DNA of 64,000 nucleotides from Pseudomonadota bacterium (GTDB lineage: Bacteria; Pseudomonadota; Alphaproteobacteria; Caulobacterales; Hyphomonadaceae). The notes beneath the pieces are model-generated. The model made no database searches. It was not told the DNA's origin and saw only the letters and a list, made by a program, of their open reading frames with translations. The stretch lies in NCBI GenBank assembly GCA_038532145.1, contig JBCBBC010000005.1, positions 17,731 to 81,730 on the forward strand. The letters are read 5' to 3'. Below, piece by piece: positions 20,965 through 31,059 of the stretch. Numbering within the stretch: position 1 is the stretch's first letter; each line of letters opens with the position of its first letter. Both the position numbers and the translations under genes were made by a program.

Positions 20965-21273
20965 CTATCCCTTCATCAGGTCGACGCTCTCGACCGCAAT
21001 GTCCCCGCGATTGCGGAAATAGACGACCAGGATGGCAAGGCCGACGGCAGCCTCCGCCGCCGCAACCGTGAGCACAAGCATCGCGAAAATCTGTCCGGCG
21101 ATCGTTCCGGAAAAGACCGAGAAGGCAACCAGGTTGATGTTCACCGACAAAAGGATCAGCTCGATCGCCATCAGGATGACGATGATATTCTTGCGGTTCA
21201 CGAAAATGCCGACCACGCCGATCGTGAACAGGATCGCTGAAATGGTCAGAAAGTGATTGATGGTAAGATCCAT
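20965..21273 (-). CDS. nuoK: NADH-quinone oxidoreductase subunit K
   Basis: 102 aa, 3 TM segments, identified by operon position. Confidence 0.9.
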   Translation of the reverse strand: MDLTINHFLTISAILFTIGVVGIFVNRKNIIVILMAIELILLSVNINLVAFSVFSGTIAGQIFAMLVLTVAAAEAAVGLAILVVYFRNRGDIAVESVDLMKG

Positions 21274-21275
21274 AC

Positions 21276-21869
21276 CTAAATCCCCTTCCCGGGTTCGACC
21301 GCGACTTTTTCAATCGCGTCTTCACGTCGGCGAGAAGTCTGGCGCGCAATGTTCTGGCGTTTGACGCCGGGACGTTCGCGCAAGGTCAGGACAATCGCGC
21401 CGATCATGGCAACCAGCAGGATCAATCCTGCCAGCTGGAAGAGCAGAAAGTATTCTGTGTACATAACCTGCCCGATCGCCTCGGTATTGGTGTCCGCCCC
21501 GGGCGCAGCGTCAAAACTGGTATTGTTCGAACTCCCGCGGGCAAAACTGGCCAGAGCGATCTCGGCGATGAAGGCGACGCCGATCAGCGCGGCAAAAGGC
21601 CAGTAGCGCAACGTCCCCTGTTTCAACTCAACAAAATCAACATCGAGCATCATCACGACAAAAAGGAAAAGCACTGCGACGGCGCCGACATAAACAACGA
21701 CCAGAAGCATGGCGAGAAACTCTGCCCCGACCAGCACGAACAAGCCGGCCGCCGTGAAGAATGTCAGGATCAGCCAAAGAACCGAGTGCACCGGGTTCTT
21801 GGCCATGATCACGGCCAAAGCCGACACGGTCACAATCGCCGCGAAAATATAGAAGGCAATCAGTTCCAC
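21276..21869 (-). CDS. nuoJ: NADH-quinone oxidoreductase subunit J
   Basis: 197-aa membrane protein, identified by operon position. Confidence 0.85.
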   Translation of the reverse strand: MELIAFYIFAAIVTVSALAVIMAKNPVHSVLWLILTFFTAAGLFVLVGAEFLAMLLVVVYVGAVAVLFLFVVMMLDVDFVELKQGTLRYWPFAALIGVAFIAEIALASFARGSSNNTSFDAAPGADTNTEAIGQVMYTEYFLLFQLAGLILLVAMIGAIVLTLRERPGVKRQNIARQTSRRREDAIEKVAVEPGKGI

Positions 21870-21921
21870 TGCTTTAGCCCCAGTTCCCTTCCGGCGGTTG
21901 CCCGCCCCTCAATTGCGAACG

Positions 21922-22407
21922 CTACCGGTACGGCGCGTCTAGTTCCAAATTCTTTGCGATGAGTCGCTCCCAGCGATCCCCGTTCGCCAGCAGTTTATTT
22001 TTGTCATAATAAAGCTCTTCGCGTGTCTCGGTCGCGAATTCGAAATTCGGACCTTCGACAATCGCATCCACTGGACAGGCTTCCTGACAAAAGCCGCAAT
22101 AGATGCATTTCACCATGTCGATGTCATAACGCGTCGTGCGGCGCGAGCCGTCTTCGCGCGGCTCCGCCTCGATCGTAATCGCTTGCGCCGGACAGATGGC
22201 TTCACACAATTTACATGCGATGCAGCGCTCTTCGCCATTCGGGTAGCGACGCAGGGCATGTTCCCCGCGAAAGCGTGGACTGAGGGGGTTCTTCTCGAAC
22301 GGATAATTCACGGTTGCCTTGCGGCGAAACATTTCCCGGATGCCAAGGCCAAACGCCCCGATAAAGTCGGTCAAAAAGGCACCGCGAATGGTCTGAACTA
22401 AGCTCAT
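21922..22407 (-). CDS. nuoI: NADH-quinone oxidoreductase subunit I
   Basis: Two ferredoxin motifs, [12 protein letters not shown] and [13 protein letters not shown] chose the start at MSLVQTIRG (ATG 22405-22407), which overlaps the nuoH stop. The 187-aa track ORF extends artefactually into nuoH. Confidence 0.85.
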   Translation of the reverse strand: MSLVQTIRGAFLTDFIGAFGLGIREMFRRKATVNYPFEKNPLSPRFRGEHALRRYPNGEERCIACKLCEAICPAQAITIEAEPREDGSRRTTRYDIDMVKCIYCGFCQEACPVDAIVEGPNFEFATETREELYYDKNKLLANGDRWERLIAKNLELDAPYR

Positions 22408-23480
22408 GCCTGAACTCCTGCATAGACGACATATCCACCAACGATGACCACAGCTGCGAGCGCCGTTGGCAGGAAGATCTTCCATCCGAGTCGCATCAGC
22501 TGATCATAGCGATAGCGCGGGACCACGGCCTTCACGAGGGCGAACAGTAAGAAGAAGAACACCAGTTTGGCCATGAACCAAGCAAGATGCCCAAGATTTA
22601 CGATCCACGCCGGGAACATGTTCACGAAGTCAGCCCCCAGCGGTACCAGTCCATGCCATCCCCCCAGGAAGAGCAGAGTCATCATCGCGCACATCAGTAC
22701 GATATTTAGATACTCGCCGAACATGAAGAGCAGATAAGGCGTCGCGGAATATTCAACCTGATATCCAGCTACCAGTTCCGATTCTGCTTCTGGCAGGTCA
22801 AAGGGAGGTCGGTTGGTCTCTGCCAGCGCCGATACAAAAAACATCACGAAGGCCACCAGCATAACTGGAATCATTGGGAAATGTTTGAATGTGATCAGAT
22901 GCCAGGTCCAGAAGCCGCCATCCTGCGCATTGACAATTTCCGACAGGTTCATTGAACCGGCCAGCAGGATTACCGTAATGATGATAAGGCCAATCGAGAC
23001 CTCATAAGACACCATTTGCGCGGCGCTGCGAAGCGAAGCCAGGAATGGATATTTCGAGTTTGACGCCCAGCCGCCCATGATGATGCCATAGACACCAAGG
23101 GACGAGATCGCGAACAGATACAGGATCCCGACATTAATGTCCGAGATGACCCAGCCCGGCGCCACGGGAATGGCCGCCCAGGCGGCAAAAGCCAAAGTCA
23201 GGGTCAGAATGGGCGCGATCAGAAAGACGGTCTTGTTCGCACCGGCCGGAATGATGATTTCCTTGAGCAGGAATTTGCCGAAATCTGCAAAACTCTGCGC
23301 CAGGCCGAACGGGCCGACCACATTTGGCCCCTTGCGCATCATCACCGCCGCCCAGACCTTGCGGTCGAGCAGCAGCAGGAAGGCGATCGACAGGGACAGG
23401 ACGAGCGTGAACAGGCCAATCTGGCCAAGTACCAGCAACCAGCCTGTCAGTGCGCCATATTGTTCGATCAAACCACTCAT
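22404..23480 (-). CDS. nuoH: NADH-quinone oxidoreductase subunit H
   Basis: 358-aa polytopic protein, identified by operon position and conserved [21 protein letters not shown]. Confidence 0.9.
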   Translation of the reverse strand: MSGLIEQYGALTGWLLVLGQIGLFTLVLSLSIAFLLLLDRKVWAAVMMRKGPNVVGPFGLAQSFADFGKFLLKEIIIPAGANKTVFLIAPILTLTLAFAAWAAIPVAPGWVISDINVGILYLFAISSLGVYGIIMGGWASNSKYPFLASLRSAAQMVSYEVSIGLIIITVILLAGSMNLSEIVNAQDGGFWTWHLITFKHFPMIPVMLVAFVMFFVSALAETNRPPFDLPEAESELVAGYQVEYSATPYLLFMFGEYLNIVLMCAMMTLLFLGGWHGLVPLGADFVNMFPAWIVNLGHLAWFMAKLVFFFLLFALVKAVVPRYRYDQLMRLGWKIFLPTALAAVVIVGGYVVYAGVQA

Positions 23481-23489
23481 CGCGCCGCC

Positions 23490-25586
23490 CTACTCCGCCG
23501 CCATCGCGGTTTCAAGACCTTGTTTCTGTAACGAACACTCGGCCATGGTCTTGGACGCCCGTGCGATAGGATTGGTGAGGTAGAAATCGCCAATCGTGGC
23601 CGTGAATGCGCCGCCCGCGGTCGATCCGACAGACGAAATGGGCTCTTTCAAAGCGTCTATGCCCGCATCGCCGGGCGCATAGCCGAATCCCGCAAACACC
23701 GGATTGGATTCGCGCAATACGGCCCGCAACTCATCTGCCGAATCATAAGAGAGCGTCTTGCCCAACACATCTGACAAGGCCCGGAAAATTGCCCAACCTT
23801 CTCGCGCTTCGCCCTTCGGCTGCACAGCGCGCCGTGTCATCTGGACCCGGCCTTCCGTGTTCACATAGGTCGCTGCCATTTCCGTATAGGCCGCAGCCGG
23901 CAGGATGATATCCGCCTTGCTCGCGCCAGCATCGCCATGGCTTCCGACGTAAATTACTGTCGCATTGCCGGTCTTCGCAAGATCAACCTCATCCGCACCT
24001 AGCAGGACAACCGTGTCCATGCTGCCGCTGAGAATACCTGCCGTGTCGCTACCCCCTTCGCCAGGCAAAAATCCTGTATCGAGCGCACCGACACGGCCTG
24101 CGGCGCTGTGCAGGACGCCGAAGCCAACCCAATCATCCTTGATGGCTTGAATTTCGAGCGCGTAATCATGCGCTGCGGCAAGGATAGCTTGGCCGTCCGC
24201 ACGCGCCAGCACGCCTTCGCCGATCACGATCATCGGCTTTTCGGCATTGCGGAGCGTCTCGGCAATCTCGCTATCTCGGCCGAACAGACCTTCCAGTGCA
24301 TCCGGACCATCGCCAAGGTGCTCATACTCATATGTGAGGTCAGCGGCTTCGCCGATGACACCCACTTTCAGATCATTCCAAAGCCAGGCTTTACGAATGC
24401 GCGAATTCCAGACCGCCGCTTCCTTGCGCGGATTGGTGCCGATCAGGAGCAAAGCATCCGCCTCTTCAATCCCGAGCAGCGTTGGGTTGAAGATATAGCG
24501 CTCACGGACGCCATCGGCGCCATAAGCAGCGCCCGCCGGACGGCAATCCGTATTCTGAACACCCAGCGCGCGTGCGAGGTCCAGGGCAGCCTTAGCTTGT
24601 TCAACTTCGATGAGGTCACCGGCGACAAAGCCGATCTTCTCAGCGGGCGCAGACAATGCCGTCTTGGCCGCGTCGAACGCTTCGCCCCAATTGACCGGCG
24701 TCAGCGTGCCATCCTTGCGGATATACGCTTTATCGAGGCGCTGGCGCGCGAGCCCATCCCAGATGAAGCGGGATTTGTCAGACAGCCACTCCTCATTCAC
24801 TTCTTCATTAATCACGGGCATGATGCGCATGACCGCATCGCCCTTAGCATCAATCCTGATATTGGAACCAAGCGCGTCCATGATGTCGACGGTTTCCGTC
24901 TTGCGCAGCTCCCAGGGCCGCGCATTGTAGGCGTACGGCTTGGAAGTCAGCGCCCCGACCGGACAAAGATCGATGACATTGCCGGACAGTTCCGAGGTCA
25001 GGCTTTCTTCGAGATAGGTTGTGATTTCAGCGCTTTCCCCGCGCGAGATCATGCCAATCTCTTCCACGCCTGCGACTTCCGCAGCGAAGCGGACACATCG
25101 CGTACACTGAATGCAACGGGTCATAATAGTCTTGACCAGCGGGCCCATATTCTTGTCTTCGACCGCGCGCTTGTTGAGCTCATAGCGACTATCGGCACGG
25201 CCATAAGCAACGGCCTGGTCCTGCAAGTCACACTCGCCACCCTGGTCACAGATCGGACAATCCAGCGGGTGATTGATGAGCAGGAATTCCATCACCCCAT
25301 TGCGGGCTTTTTCAACATAGTCGCCCTTGGTGGAGATATTGGGTGCCGTACCATCGGGATTCATTCGCATATCACCAACGGTCTGCGCACAAGACGCAAT
25401 CGGCTTCGGCGCGCCATGCCACTGAACCAGACACATGCGGCAATTGCCCGCGACGGAGAGGCGCTCGTGATAACAGAAACGCGGGATTTCAGCCCCAGCT
25501 TCCTCGCACGCCTGCATGAGCGTATAAGAGCGCGGGACCTCGACCTCCTGGCCATCAATGTTCAGTTTGAATAGATCGTCGCTCAT
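23490..25586 (-). CDS. nuoG: NADH-quinone oxidoreductase subunit G
   Basis: 698 aa with N-terminal 2Fe-2S and 4Fe-4S cysteine motifs (CYHERLSVAGNCRMCLV, HPLDCPICDQGGECDLQ, CIQCTRCVRF). Confidence 0.9.
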   Translation of the reverse strand: MSDDLFKLNIDGQEVEVPRSYTLMQACEEAGAEIPRFCYHERLSVAGNCRMCLVQWHGAPKPIASCAQTVGDMRMNPDGTAPNISTKGDYVEKARNGVMEFLLINHPLDCPICDQGGECDLQDQAVAYGRADSRYELNKRAVEDKNMGPLVKTIMTRCIQCTRCVRFAAEVAGVEEIGMISRGESAEITTYLEESLTSELSGNVIDLCPVGALTSKPYAYNARPWELRKTETVDIMDALGSNIRIDAKGDAVMRIMPVINEEVNEEWLSDKSRFIWDGLARQRLDKAYIRKDGTLTPVNWGEAFDAAKTALSAPAEKIGFVAGDLIEVEQAKAALDLARALGVQNTDCRPAGAAYGADGVRERYIFNPTLLGIEEADALLLIGTNPRKEAAVWNSRIRKAWLWNDLKVGVIGEAADLTYEYEHLGDGPDALEGLFGRDSEIAETLRNAEKPMIVIGEGVLARADGQAILAAAHDYALEIQAIKDDWVGFGVLHSAAGRVGALDTGFLPGEGGSDTAGILSGSMDTVVLLGADEVDLAKTGNATVIYVGSHGDAGASKADIILPAAAYTEMAATYVNTEGRVQMTRRAVQPKGEAREGWAIFRALSDVLGKTLSYDSADELRAVLRESNPVFAGFGYAPGDAGIDALKEPISSVGSTAGGAFTATIGDFYLTNPIARASKTMAECSLQKQGLETAMAAE

Positions 25587-26002
25587 GCGTCGGCCCCGTT
25601 TGTTGCTTCTCGCGCGTTATCGCCGTGATTACTCTTCAAAATCCAATATGTGCTTCCCCAAATCGCACCGGCGAGAATGGCCATAAACCCAGTAAACGGA
25701 ACCATTACGCCTGTGCCAACGAGCCCGTTCAACAGGAACGATGGCTCCACTTCCAACCGACCAAGTCCCCACCACGCCAGTTTCCAGAACAACAATCCAA
25801 GTAATGCCGTTACCATTGTGTTCAAAACTGCGACAGTCACCAGATCGGGCATTGCCTGAAGTGTCAAATCCCGTGCATTCTCACTTGTCGTTACTGCAAG
25901 TGCGACCCGATATGCGGACAAAATCGCAGACGCAAACATCAAGCATTGAACCATTAGCGCAGCTAAAATAGCGATCAGGAGATCTTTGATATAGCTCTCC
26001 AT
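25583..26002 (-). CDS. Hypothetical 4-TM membrane protein embedded between nuoF and nuoG
   Basis: 139-aa ORF with four hydrophobic segments. It starts 3 nt after the nuoF stop, and its stop overlaps the nuoG start by 4 nt. Confidence 0.6.
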   Translation of the reverse strand: MESYIKDLLIAILAALMVQCLMFASAILSAYRVALAVTTSENARDLTLQAMPDLVTVAVLNTMVTALLGLLFWKLAWWGLGRLEVEPSFLLNGLVGTGVMVPFTGFMAILAGAIWGSTYWILKSNHGDNAREATNGADA

Positions 26003-26005
26003 AGC

Positions 26006-27313
26006 TTACTCCGCCGCCACTGTGTGACCCTGGACCAGCGCGCGTGGCGCCCGGTACTGGGTGATGCGGTCTTCAATCTCATGTCGGAAGTGCCGGATCA
26101 GACCCTGGACCGGCCAAGCAGCGGCATCGCCGAGTGCACAAATCGTGTGACCCTCGACCTGTTTGGAGACGTCCAGCAGCTTGTCGATATCGGCATGATG
26201 CGCTTCGCCTTTGACCATCTGCTCCAGCACGCGCCACATCCAGCCTGTGCCTTCCCGGCAGGGTGTACACTGGCCGCAGCTTTCGTGTTTGTAGAAATAG
26301 GCAATCCGCGCAATCGCGTGGATCAGGTCGGTCGACTTGTCCATGACGATCACAGCCGCTGTGCCAAGGCCGGATTGCAGGTCGCGCAGCGTATCGAAAT
26401 CCATATGCGCGTCGATAATCTGCTCGGCGGGCACCATCGGGACGGAAGAGCCGCCCGGAATGACCGCTTTCAGATTGTCCCATCCGCCGCGAATGCCGCC
26501 GCAATGCGTGTCGATTAAGTCTTTGAACGTAATCGACATTTCTTCTTCGACGTTACAAGGCGCGTTGACGTGACCCGAGACACAGAACAATTTTGTGCCG
26601 GTATTGTTCGGGCGGCCAAAGCCAGCGAACCAACTGGCGCCGCGGCGCAAAATCGTCGGGACAACGGCGATGGATTCAACATTGTTCACCGTCGTCGGAC
26701 AGCCATAGAGACCGGCATTGGCCGGGAAAGGCGGTTTTAGGCGCGGTTGGCCTTTCTTGCCTTCCAGGCTCTCCAGGAGCGCTGTTTCTTCGCCGCAAAT
26801 ATAGGCGCCGGCGCCGTGATGGACATAGAGATCGAAATCCCAGCCATTCACATTGTCCTTGCCGATCAGTTTGGCCTCATAGGCTTCCTTGACCGCTTTT
26901 TCGAGCGCTTCCCGCTCGGCAATATATTCGCCGCGCAGATAGACGTAGCATGCATGCGCCCGCATGGCCCGGCTCGCCACCATACAACCTTCAATCAGAA
27001 GATGCGGGTCATGCCGCATGATTTCGCGGTCCTTGCATGTGCCCGGCTCGGATTCATCAGCATTGACGACCAGATAATGAGGCCGTTCACCAACCGACTT
27101 GGGCATGAAAGTCCATTTCAAACCGGTCGGGAACCCGGCGCCGCCGCGACCGCGCAAGCCGCTTTCCTTGACCTGATTACAAAGCCAGTCTGGACCCTGA
27201 GCCAGCATTTCGCGGGTCAGGTGCCAGGCGCCCCGCGCCTTGGCCCCTTCAAGGCCGGGATCCTGCGTGCCGTACAGATTCGTGAAGATTCGATCTTTAT
27301 CTTGAAGCATCAT
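26006..27313 (-). CDS. nuoF: NADH-quinone oxidoreductase subunit F
   Basis: 435 aa with the FMN/NADH site [22 protein letters not shown] and the 4Fe-4S motif [12 protein letters not shown]. Confidence 0.95.
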   Translation of the reverse strand: MMLQDKDRIFTNLYGTQDPGLEGAKARGAWHLTREMLAQGPDWLCNQVKESGLRGRGGAGFPTGLKWTFMPKSVGERPHYLVVNADESEPGTCKDREIMRHDPHLLIEGCMVASRAMRAHACYVYLRGEYIAEREALEKAVKEAYEAKLIGKDNVNGWDFDLYVHHGAGAYICGEETALLESLEGKKGQPRLKPPFPANAGLYGCPTTVNNVESIAVVPTILRRGASWFAGFGRPNNTGTKLFCVSGHVNAPCNVEEEMSITFKDLIDTHCGGIRGGWDNLKAVIPGGSSVPMVPAEQIIDAHMDFDTLRDLQSGLGTAAVIVMDKSTDLIHAIARIAYFYKHESCGQCTPCREGTGWMWRVLEQMVKGEAHHADIDKLLDVSKQVEGHTICALGDAAAWPVQGLIRHFRHEIEDRITQYRAPRALVQGHTVAAE

Positions 27314-27512
27314 TCTGCTCCTTCATCTCGCGCGCAGCGGACAACAGCAGTGGGGTGCTGATCACCGCCCCTGCGACCAGCGCCATAATGAACCAGATCG
27401 CGCTATTGGTCGTTAAAAACACGACCAAACCCGCGCCTACCAGGATGGCATCGATAATCGCGGCCATTAGCAGCTTTTTCTTGGGGTCTGGCTTTTCAAC
27501 AAGCGCCATCAT
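27297..27512 (-). CDS. Hypothetical 2-TM small membrane protein embedded between nuoE and nuoF
   Basis: 71-aa ORF with two clear hydrophobic helices. It overlaps the nuoE stop by 4 nt and the nuoF start by 17 nt. Confidence 0.5.
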   Translation of the reverse strand: MMALVEKPDPKKKLLMAAIIDAILVGAGLVVFLTTNSAIWFIMALVAGAVISTPLLLSAAREMKEQNDASR

Positions 27513-28549
27513 TCGTCTCCCTCATCAAGAGAGGACTCAACTTCACCAGCATCGACGCGTTTGGAGAATTCGGTCTCTTCACCTTCCGCAAGCGTTTTTG
27601 CCTGGGCAATCCAGTCCTCGCGCTCAATTCGGCCCGGGAAGGACATGAAATCCTCGACCCAGTCGACATTGGCCGGCGTCCAGGCCGCGATCTGGCTGAA
27701 CTTGTAAGTGCCTAGCTCGTTTAGCGCCTTTTCATTGACCGGTCCGATGCCCTTGATGCGTTTGAGATCATCTTCCTCGCCATCGGCAATCTCCAGCACC
27801 TCCGGCTTGTCTTCCGGTTTCGGCGCCGGTTTGGAATCCTTGATCAGCGTCGTCTTGGGGTCTTTGACAGGCGCGGGCGCTGGCTCCGCCGGGACGTCAG
27901 ATGGCAAGTTGGGCAGTGTCGAGATCGCGTTGCGCGATCCGTCATACAGATCTTCAGCCAACAGGCTGGTGGCCCCACCTTGAGGCGCCGAATTAACACG
28001 AGCGACAAACGGGCCTGGTTTCACCTCAGCGCCGTTTTCCAGCTTAGTCAGAATTTCCTCGAAGCTCTCCGACGTCAGATCTTCATAGTAATAGTCATTG
28101 ATCTGAACCATCGGCGCGTTCACGCACGCGCCAAGGCACTCGACTTCTTCCCAGCTCAAGCGGCCATCATCGGTGACGTGCATCGCATCGCCGATCTTTT
28201 TGCGGCAAACCTCTTTCAGATCATTCGCGCCGCGCAGCATGCAAGGCGTCGTACCGCAGAGCTGGACGTGATTTCTGCCGACTGGTTGAAGCCGGAACAT
28301 GGTGTAGAACGTCGCGACTTCATAGACGCGGATATAGGGCATTTCGAGCCGATCAGCGACTTCGCGCATAGCAGGCTCTGACAACCAGCCCTGATTGTCC
28401 TTCTGGGCCAACCACAGCATCGGGATCACGGCCGACCGTTTTTTGTCGTCCGGATATTTGCCGAGCCAGAACGCGATCGTCGGTTCTGTTTCAGGCTTGA
28501 AGGCGAAACTGTCGCCTCCGGCTTCCAGATCAAATCGTCTCAGCGCCAT
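27509..28549 (-). CDS. nuoE: NADH-quinone oxidoreductase subunit E with long C-terminal extension
   Basis: The first roughly 190 aa are canonical NuoE (2Fe-2S cysteines in CGTTPCMLRG and CLGACVNAPM). A Pro/Lys/Glu-rich linker follows, then a helix-hairpin-helix-like module (LKRIKGIGPVNEKALNELG). Confidence 0.9.
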   Translation of the reverse strand: MALRRFDLEAGGDSFAFKPETEPTIAFWLGKYPDDKKRSAVIPMLWLAQKDNQGWLSEPAMREVADRLEMPYIRVYEVATFYTMFRLQPVGRNHVQLCGTTPCMLRGANDLKEVCRKKIGDAMHVTDDGRLSWEEVECLGACVNAPMVQINDYYYEDLTSESFEEILTKLENGAEVKPGPFVARVNSAPQGGATSLLAEDLYDGSRNAISTLPNLPSDVPAEPAPAPVKDPKTTLIKDSKPAPKPEDKPEVLEIADGEEDDLKRIKGIGPVNEKALNELGTYKFSQIAAWTPANVDWVEDFMSFPGRIEREDWIAQAKTLAEGEETEFSKRVDAGEVESSLDEGDE

Positions 28550-28998
28550 TACGCTGTCTCCTCGGTCGGCAGGACCAACTGCCCGGCCTCGTCAAGTTTC
28601 CAAAAGGGGTTGTATGCAACTTCCCAGGCGTTGCCCTCGGGATCTGCGAAATATCCTGAATAACCGCCCCAGAACGCCGTGTGCGGCGCCGTGGTGATCT
28701 CGACGCCAGCCTGTTCGAGGCGAACGAAAATCTCGTCCACTTCCTCGGTAGATCGGGTATTGTAGGCGATGGCCGTCCCCTTGAACCCGGTCGCCGGTCC
28801 GGCTTTCTGACCGGCATCGTCAGCCAGCTTGTCATATTCCCACAGCCCAAGAATGAGACCTCCCATGTCGAACATGGTCATGCCTTCATCGGTATAGAGT
28901 TTCAGTCCGACCACGTCCTTGTAAAACGCGGTCATCGCGGCGCGATCCTCGACACCGAGCGTGACAATGGAGAGGCGGCTGTCGGGAAGAATAGTCAT
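28549..28998 (-). CDS. VOC (glyoxalase/bleomycin-resistance/dioxygenase) family protein embedded in nuo operon
   Basis: 149 aa with typical VOC pattern (LSIVTLGVEDRAAMTAFYKDVVGL, FADPEGNAWEVAYNP). The last base of its stop is the first base of the nuoE start codon. Confidence 0.75.
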   Translation of the reverse strand: MTILPDSRLSIVTLGVEDRAAMTAFYKDVVGLKLYTDEGMTMFDMGGLILGLWEYDKLADDAGQKAGPATGFKGTAIAYNTRSTEEVDEIFVRLEQAGVEITTAPHTAFWGGYSGYFADPEGNAWEVAYNPFWKLDEAGQLVLPTEETA

Positions 28999-29495
28999 TG
29001 AGATACCTCACCAGAAAACGCATCAATCTCGTTCTTCAAAAGCCGGAACTCTCCGACACCCCGTGCCCGACACCAGGCTGTCGCCTCTTCGAAGAGCGCG
29101 TGAATCGTTGCACTATCCAGTTCGCGCGTCTCAAACTTTTCAGACGCACGTTCGCCCGTAATGGCGACACTTGGCATGCCGGTATTCGGATCCGTCTCAA
29201 TCTCGTGATAGAAATGTGTAGCCCAACCGCGAACACCAACAATTGGCGCATCTATGTCTGGATCGGCATTGAAAGGTAAATCCTTGTCGGGATAGAGATC
29301 TACGTTGCAGACGTCACAGATCGCGTCGAACCGGTCTTTTCTTGGATGCGGCTTGCAGCCAAGATAAATATCCGCCGCGGCGATCTCGCGTTTAAGCGGG
29401 CTAACGCTCAGCGCTTCCTGCTTATAGGGTTCCATAGCGCCATCGACGGCGCATGCCGGTAAAACCGCAGCCAGGGAGAGGCTCAGTCGCTTCAT
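28995..29495 (-). CDS. Hypothetical lipoprotein embedded in nuo operon
   Basis: 166 aa from the internal ATG at 29493-29495. The signal and lipobox-like sequence is MKRLSLSLAAVLPAC. The start overlaps the stop of the upstream membrane ORF (ATGA), and the stop overlaps the VOC start by 4 nt. Confidence 0.55.
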   Translation of the reverse strand: MKRLSLSLAAVLPACAVDGAMEPYKQEALSVSPLKREIAAADIYLGCKPHPRKDRFDAICDVCNVDLYPDKDLPFNADPDIDAPIVGVRGWATHFYHEIETDPNTGMPSVAITGERASEKFETRELDSATIHALFEEATAWCRARGVGEFRLLKNEIDAFSGEVSQ

Positions 29496-29851
29496 ACCGT
29501 GCCCTCCAGCGCGATAAAGGCGACGATCAGCGCCCCAATGCCGGCCGCGATATGCGGCACAACATGTGCTTTCGCCCGGGCGTATGTTGCGGCGTCGAAG
29601 AATGCCACGGCAGCCAATCCCATGAACACATAAGCGATTTGCTGCATCGTTCCCGACAAGGCGATGCCGACAGCGACAAAGACCATGAAGAAGTAACGCC
29701 CTGCCATGATGGTCGGCAGATTTTCGACGCGATGCTTGGTGACCGCGAGGCCCATTTTCGGTGACACAGCAAACAGCACACCGAGCAGCGCCAGGAAGCC
29801 ACCGGTCAGATAGGCCAGATAGACCGCAGAAGAGGCTGGAATGGGCAACAC
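29492..29851 (-). CDS. Hypothetical 4-TM membrane protein (DUF4345-like by eye) embedded in nuo operon
   Basis: 119-aa ORF, strongly hydrophobic. It begins at the last base of the nuoD stop. Confidence 0.6.
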   Translation of the reverse strand: MLPIPASSAVYLAYLTGGFLALLGVLFAVSPKMGLAVTKHRVENLPTIMAGRYFFMVFVAVGIALSGTMQQIAYVFMGLAAVAFFDAATYARAKAHVVPHIAAGIGALIVAFIALEGTV

Positions 29852-31059
29852 TAGCGATCCACCTCACCAAACACGATGTCGAGCGATCCGAGGATGGCCG
29901 ACGTGTCTGCCAATTGGTGGCCCTTGCACATATGATCCATCGCCTGCAAATGCGCGAAACTCGGCGCGCGTAGTTTCACGCGATACGGGCGGTTGGACCC
30001 ATCAGATACGAGATAGACTCCGAACTCACCCGCCGGGGCTTCAACCGCGGCATAGACTTCGCCTTCGGGCACGTGGAAGCCTTCTGTGTAGAGTTTGAAG
30101 TGATGGATCAACGCTTCCATACTGTTCTTCATCTCGGCGCGGCGCGGCGGTGAAACCTTGGTGCCTTGCGCCAGGACAGGACCTTTGGGCATGTTTTCAA
30201 TGCACCATTTCATTATGTCACAAGAAACAAGCATTTCTTCCATGCGGACGACATAGCGGTCGTAATTGTCGCCATTCTTACCCACAACAACCGGAAAGAC
30301 GTCAGACGGAATCTCGGAATAGACTTCATAAGGCTGGCTGCGGCGCAAATCCCAGGCGAGGCCCGATCCGCGCACCATCGGGCCTGAGAAGCCATATTGC
30401 ATAATCGTCTTCTCATCGACGACACCGATATCGACATTGCGTTGTTTGAAGATGCGATTCTCGGTGATCAGGCTTTCCAGCGTCTCCATGATGCCCGGAA
30501 ACTCCTCACACCAGACCATGATATCATCGATCAAATTCTGCGGCAGGTCCTGATGGACGCCGCCCGGCCGGAAATAGGCCGCGTGCAACCTCGCGCCACA
30601 CGCTCGCTCGTAGAAGCCCATCAGCTTTTCGCGCTCTTCAAACGCCCATGTGATCGGGGTCAGAGCGCCGACATCCAGAATGAATGTTCCAATATTCAGC
30701 AAATGCTCCAAAATACGGCCCATTTCGCAATAAAGCACGCGAATGAAGCTGCCCCGGCGCGGGACTTCCAGCCCAATCAGTCTTTCAATCGCCAGACACC
30801 AGGCGTGTTCCTGGTTCATTGGTGCAGAATAATGCAGTCGATCAAAGTAAGGCAGGCCCTGCAAATAAGTCTTGTATTCCAGCAGTTTCTCGGTGCCGCG
30901 ATGTAAAAGACCGATGTGGCAATCGATCCGATCGACCAGCTCACCATCCAGATCCATGACCATACGCAACACACCATGCGCAGCCGGATGCTGCGGCCCA
31001 AAATTGAGCGTGAAGGTGCGGTCTTCCTCAGGTACTGATTTTATATCGTCAGCCATCAA
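29851..31059 (-). CDS. nuoD: NADH-quinone oxidoreductase subunit D
   Basis: 402 aa with conserved [14 protein letters not shown] and [12 protein letters not shown]. Confidence 0.95.
   Translation of the reverse strand: MMADDIKSVPEEDRTFTLNFGPQHPAAHGVLRMVMDLDGELVDRIDCHIGLLHRGTEKLLEYKTYLQGLPYFDRLHYSAPMNQEHAWCLAIERLIGLEVPRRGSFIRVLYCEMGRILEHLLNIGTFILDVGALTPITWAFEEREKLMGFYERACGARLHAAYFRPGGVHQDLPQNLIDDIMVWCEEFPGIMETLESLITENRIFKQRNVDIGVVDEKTIMQYGFSGPMVRGSGLAWDLRRSQPYEVYSEIPSDVFPVVVGKNGDNYDRYVVRMEEMLVSCDIMKWCIENMPKGPVLAQGTKVSPPRRAEMKNSMEALIHHFKLYTEGFHVPEGEVYAAVEAPAGEFGVYLVSDGSNRPYRVKLRAPSFAHLQAMDHMCKGHQLADTSAILGSLDIVFGEVDR

Noticed and set aside
21922-22485. The long forms of nuoI (187 aa), nuoC (253 aa) and nuoB (203 aa) in the ORF track.
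   Set aside because: The N-terminal extensions overlap the preceding nuo genes and are Arg/Cys-rich. Internal starts give canonical lengths and compact junctions.
24108-25574. A 488-aa plus-strand ORF.
   Set aside because: It lies entirely antisense to nuoG, which has unmistakable Fe-S motifs. Its composition is Arg/Ala/Gly-rich and low in complexity, typical of shadow ORFs in GC-rich DNA.
28995-29870. A 291-aa minus-strand ORF spanning the nuoD-nuoE insert.
   Set aside because: Its first 125 residues are Arg/Cys/Gly-rich and overlap, out of frame, the convincing 119-aa membrane ORF (29492-29851). An internal ATG at 29495 gives a lipoprotein-type signal peptide and an ATGA junction. I therefore called the shorter gene.
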